Source: Cytophagales bacterium (lineage in GTDB: Bacteria; Bacteroidota; Bacteroidia; Cytophagales; UBA9547). From it: a stretch of DNA of 48,192 nt. A program made the translations under genes and the position numbers. How positions within the stretch are numbered: the first letter of the stretch is position 1; each line of letters opens with the position of its first letter. Positions 44,832 to 48,192 of the stretch are shown here, one piece after another. The DNA is taken from positions 1 to 48,192 of the forward strand of contig JAYVIX010000211.1 in the NCBI GenBank assembly GCA_043769845.1, in the 5' to 3' direction. The notes under the pieces were generated by a model, which saw only the letters and a program-made list of their open reading frames with translations, made no database searches and was not told the DNA's origin.

Positions 44832-46998
44832 ACATCATAGTATACAAATGCAGCCTTGTATTGCCGCCAGAAATACCGTGAGCTTTGTTGGGGTAAACAA
44901 ACGTATCGAACTGTTTTCCTGCTTTAATCAGAGCTTCTTGCATGGCGATTGCGTTTTGAAAATGCACGTTATCGTCTGACGTTCCGTGAATTAACAAATA
45001 ATTGCCTTTGAGTCGATCGGCATATGTCAGTGGCGAATTGTTGTCGTACCCTTTGGCATTGTCTTGAGGTGTACTCAAATAACGTTCGGTATAAATGGTG
45101 TCGTAAAACCGCCAACTCGTGACTGGAGCTACTGCAATGGCCGCTTTGAACACATCGTTCCCCAATAAAATACTAAGCGTGGACAAATAACCACCAAAAC
45201 TCCATCCCCAAATCCCTATTCTGTTTTTATCAACAAAACTCAAATTGCTCAAATACTTGGCTGCTTCAATTTGGTCTTTGGTTTCGAGTTCGCCCAAGCG
45301 TTTGTAAGTAATCGTTCGAAACGCAGTTCCTCGTCCGCCTGTTCCTCTCCCATCTACACAAACGATTACAAAACCCTGAGAGGCCAGAAATTGATGCCAG
45401 AGATACATGTTTCCCATCCAGCCATTGACGACCATTTGCGAACCGGGGCCGCCATATTCAAACATCACAACTGGATATTTTCGAGTGCTATCAAAATCTT
45501 TAGGCTTTATCATCCAGCCATTTAGCAACACATTTTCGGAGGTCGTAAACTGAAAAAAGGTTTGTTCTGGCAAATTTAAGTTTTTCAGACTTTGCTTCAG
45601 ACTGGCATTGTCTTCCAATACACGAATCGGTTTCGTTGTTTTTGCATCGTACAAAGTGACAGTAGCAGGAAAGCCTACCGAAGTGTTGGTGATAATGTAG
45701 TAATTACCCGCCTCGCTTACTTGAATGCTGTTTTGACCAGCTTTAGTTGATATTTTTTCAGTCAAAATTGTTGGCCTGTAAATTCTAAAACATTGTGTTT
45801 CTAAAACACCCACATTACAGGTATAATAATCCCAAGCTCCTTTATTTTCAACATGATCTGCATTTACAATCTCGTAAGGACAATTCTGTTCGTCCCAAAC
45901 TCGTGCTATTTTGTTTGCTTTTATACTGTAATTATAAATTTTTTTGAAGCCCAGTGTATCTTCCAAAAGTGTTAAAAAATAGCGGTGTCTTTTATCATAA
46001 AATACGTCATCATGGATTTCAATTGGCCTTTCTCCTTTTTTGCCGTAATTAAAAAGTAATTCGCACTTTAAATTTTCTGGATCAAAATGATAATAAGAAA
46101 GCAATGTTTGACTTCTATCTAGTTTTCTGATGTTAAGAATATTCTTTGTCGAAGCCCATTGTATTCTTGGAATATAAAAATCAGAAACAGAATCTAATAA
46201 AATATTATTCATGTATTTATTAACCAGATCAAACACTTTTATTTCCACCTTGGCATTTTTCTCGCCCGCTTTTGGGTATTTGAAACGGTAATCGATAGGA
46301 TAAATACCTTGCCATTTCTGCATGTTGTATTCTGGTACATCGGTTTCGTCAAAACGATAAAAAGCAAGATAACGACTATCAGGACTCCAGAAAAAGGCTT
46401 TTGTGAACTCGAATTCTTCCTCGTACACCCAGTCAGTACTTCCGTTTATGATGCAATTCTTCTTTCCATCCGAAGTGACCTGAACCGTAGAGCGGCTTTG
46501 TAAATCGAAATAAAACAAATTATTGTCCTTCAAATAGCCAATCTTCGTTCCATCTGGCGAAAAAGTAGCGTAGCTAATATCGTTGAATATTACTTGTTCG
46601 ATGTTCGTAGTTGAACTAGGAACTACAAACTTGGAACTACGAACTAAAAGATAATCAGCTGTAAACGACCTACGATAAATCCCTTTTCGATTTCCTGCCA
46701 ATAGAATCTGTTTTTCGTCAGAAGAAAAAGCATAGTCAAACAAATCGAATTTCTTGCCGTTTAGCGTGTCTGTTTTCGAGACGATGGTGTCTATTATTTT
46801 GCCCGAAATCGTTTCCTTTTTCAAAATCGCATTTCCTACTTGTTCGGTATAAAACCGATCGTCTTTCATGAAACGGAGATTTTCTGGCCGATTTTCTAGG
46901 TACTTGTTTTTGAGAAAAATGTCTTCCAGAGTGAGTGATTGGGATTGTCCCAACAATCTCGAAAACAACGCAACTATTAGAACTATTTTAGTTTTCAT
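44800..46998 (-). CDS. Dipeptidyl peptidase IV (S9B family)
   Basis: DWVYEEE, YPKAG, GWSFGG nucleophile motif, HGTSDDNVHFQN and catalytic His in NKAHGI. Confidence 0.95.
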   Translation of the reverse strand: MKTKIVLIVALFSRLLGQSQSLTLEDIFLKNKYLENRPENLRFMKDDRFYTEQVGNAILKKETISGKIIDTIVSKTDTLNGKKFDLFDYAFSSDEKQILLAGNRKGIYRRSFTADYLLVRSSKFVVPSSTTNIEQVIFNDISYATFSPDGTKIGYLKDNNLFYFDLQSRSTVQVTSDGKKNCIINGSTDWVYEEEFEFTKAFFWSPDSRYLAFYRFDETDVPEYNMQKWQGIYPIDYRFKYPKAGEKNAKVEIKVFDLVNKYMNNILLDSVSDFYIPRIQWASTKNILNIRKLDRSQTLLSYYHFDPENLKCELLFNYGKKGERPIEIHDDVFYDKRHRYFLTLLEDTLGFKKIYNYSIKANKIARVWDEQNCPYEIVNADHVENKGAWDYYTCNVGVLETQCFRIYRPTILTEKISTKAGQNSIQVSEAGNYYIITNTSVGFPATVTLYDAKTTKPIRVLEDNASLKQSLKNLNLPEQTFFQFTTSENVLLNGWMIKPKDFDSTRKYPVVMFEYGGPGSQMVVNGWMGNMYLWHQFLASQGFVIVCVDGRGTGGRGTAFRTITYKRLGELETKDQIEAAKYLSNLSFVDKNRIGIWGWSFGGYLSTLSILLGNDVFKAAIAVAPVTSWRFYDTIYTERYLSTPQDNAKGYDNNSPLTYADRLKGNYLLIHGTSDDNVHFQNAIAMQEALIKAGKQFDTFVYPNKAHGISGGNTRLHLYTMMFNFWKEKLGQ

Positions 46999-47004
46999 TA
47001 TTCC

Positions 47005-48192
47005 TTATTTCTGCTCTTTTATCCTCTTCAACAGATAATTAGAGCTTATTCGCACGATTTTTTCAATATCATCGTGCATCAAATAACTTTTGTATTCTTT
47101 TGTTTCTTCAAAAAGTGTGGATCTTGAATCTGTTTCACTGACAGAAATGGTATAAGTGGATTCTTTCATGACCAAAAGACAACTGATCGTGAAATTTATT
47201 TTGGTTGAAGCCGATTTTAGCCCCATCATTTTACAATTCCAAGACACTTTGTTTATGTCTCTTTCATCTAAATCGTATCCGAATATTTCGTGCTGTTTAA
47301 TAGTCACTTCTTTATCGATAAACGGACTAAAAAGGGGTGATTTTTTGATTTCCTTTTTTTCAACCTTCATGTAATCCACAATTATTTCTTGGGATGTTTC
47401 TGAGAAAAAATCATCAAAATTATTTAACACTTTGGAAAGAGAAGACCATACATCACTGTTTATGTATTTAATAAGGTCATAGGAAACTTTGGGCGTTTTA
47501 TAAATGGTCGACTTAGTTAACTCCAGTTTCAAGAGTTCAATTTCTTTTTCTAGATCGCCAAATTCTTGAAGATCTTCTCCTTTTGCAGCTTTTAACTTCA
47601 GTTCCAGAGACCAAATCATTTGTTGTGCGATATAGATCACAATTGCGTCCCGTTCGCCAATATCAGCCTTTTGAAGTGCTGTCAGATAGTTTTCCTTATC
47701 AGAAGATTTAATAATGATTAATGGGAATTCATTTTTGAGCAATATATAATTCATTATCAAACGAGCGCATCGTCCATTTCCATCATCAAAAGGATGAATA
47801 CACACAAATCGATAATGAAATTCTGCAGCTAATTGTACTGGGTGCAAAATGTACTGATTAGTGTTGAACCACTCCATCAGATCGTACATTTTCGAGGGTG
47901 TTTCTTCAGGAGAAGCATATTCGTGAATTTCTCCATTTTTCAAACGAACGCTATTTGGACTTGATTTGTAATCTCCAATGACGATTTTTTTGCGGGTAGG
48001 CGAACCATCATACGTAACAGCATCTTTCCAATATGATTTGACCAAAATCAGTTGATTCAATTGTTTGATAAAAGTCTCTGTCAAAGGTCGTTCGGCATCT
48101 TTGGCCATTTCTTCAATTTGACGTAAAGCCACATCATGCGCCTTCATTTCCTCGATGTCACTCACCAAGGCATCTCCCGAACTTTTATCAAA
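47005..48192 (-). CDS. Fic family protein (5' truncated by window edge)
   Basis: Canonical HPFDDGNGRCAR motif; the frame is open to the window end (FDKSSGDALVSD...). Confidence 0.92.
   Translation of the reverse strand, partial: FDKSSGDALVSDIEEMKAHDVALRQIEEMAKDAERPLTETFIKQLNQLILVKSYWKDAVTYDGSPTRKKIVIGDYKSSPNSVRLKNGEIHEYASPEETPSKMYDLMEWFNTNQYILHPVQLAAEFHYRFVCIHPFDDGNGRCARLIMNYILLKNEFPLIIIKSSDKENYLTALQKADIGERDAIVIYIAQQMIWSLELKLKAAKGEDLQEFGDLEKEIELLKLELTKSTIYKTPKVSYDLIKYINSDVWSSLSKVLNNFDDFFSETSQEIIVDYMKVEKKEIKKSPLFSPFIDKEVTIKQHEIFGYDLDERDINKVSWNCKMMGLKSASTKINFTISCLLVMKESTYTISVSETDSRSTLFEETKEYKSYLMHDDIEKIVRISSNYLLKRIKEQK

Overview
Chromosomal window from a Bacteroidota bacterium, most like Cytophagales (porP/OmpA pair, porX, a T9SS C-terminal-domain cargo, TAnnTTTG -7 promoter boxes). 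Housekeeping genes (gltA, pheT, moaCB, moeA, cyclophilin, rfbD-like, comEA-like, aroK, purQ, nuoA, pgm, rlmI-like, nadC, DPP-IV) are interrupted by small accessory genes: two type II TA pairs, Uma2, Fic, a J-domain protein, a decayed HTH and a DUF6169-like pair. I found no integrase, transposase, rRNA, tRNA or CRISPR array. The main sequence-level observations: (1) A 47-bp duplication of the LytTR regulator 3' end, with four synonymous differences and its own stop, flanks a two-gene TA-like cassette. (2) A cysteine-less LOV-like PAS gene is coupled to a CWC-GNAT fusion, followed by a 55-aa DUF5522-like gene missed by the ORF track. (3) The same 21-bp-period direct-repeat promoter architecture precedes the LytS/LytTR pair and a TonB-receptor operon. 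(4) Inverted heptamer-repeat elements of several unrelated sequences occur between genes and also in frame inside moeA and DPP-IV. (5) A candidate small RNA lies behind porX. Family names come from motif recognition, not database searches.
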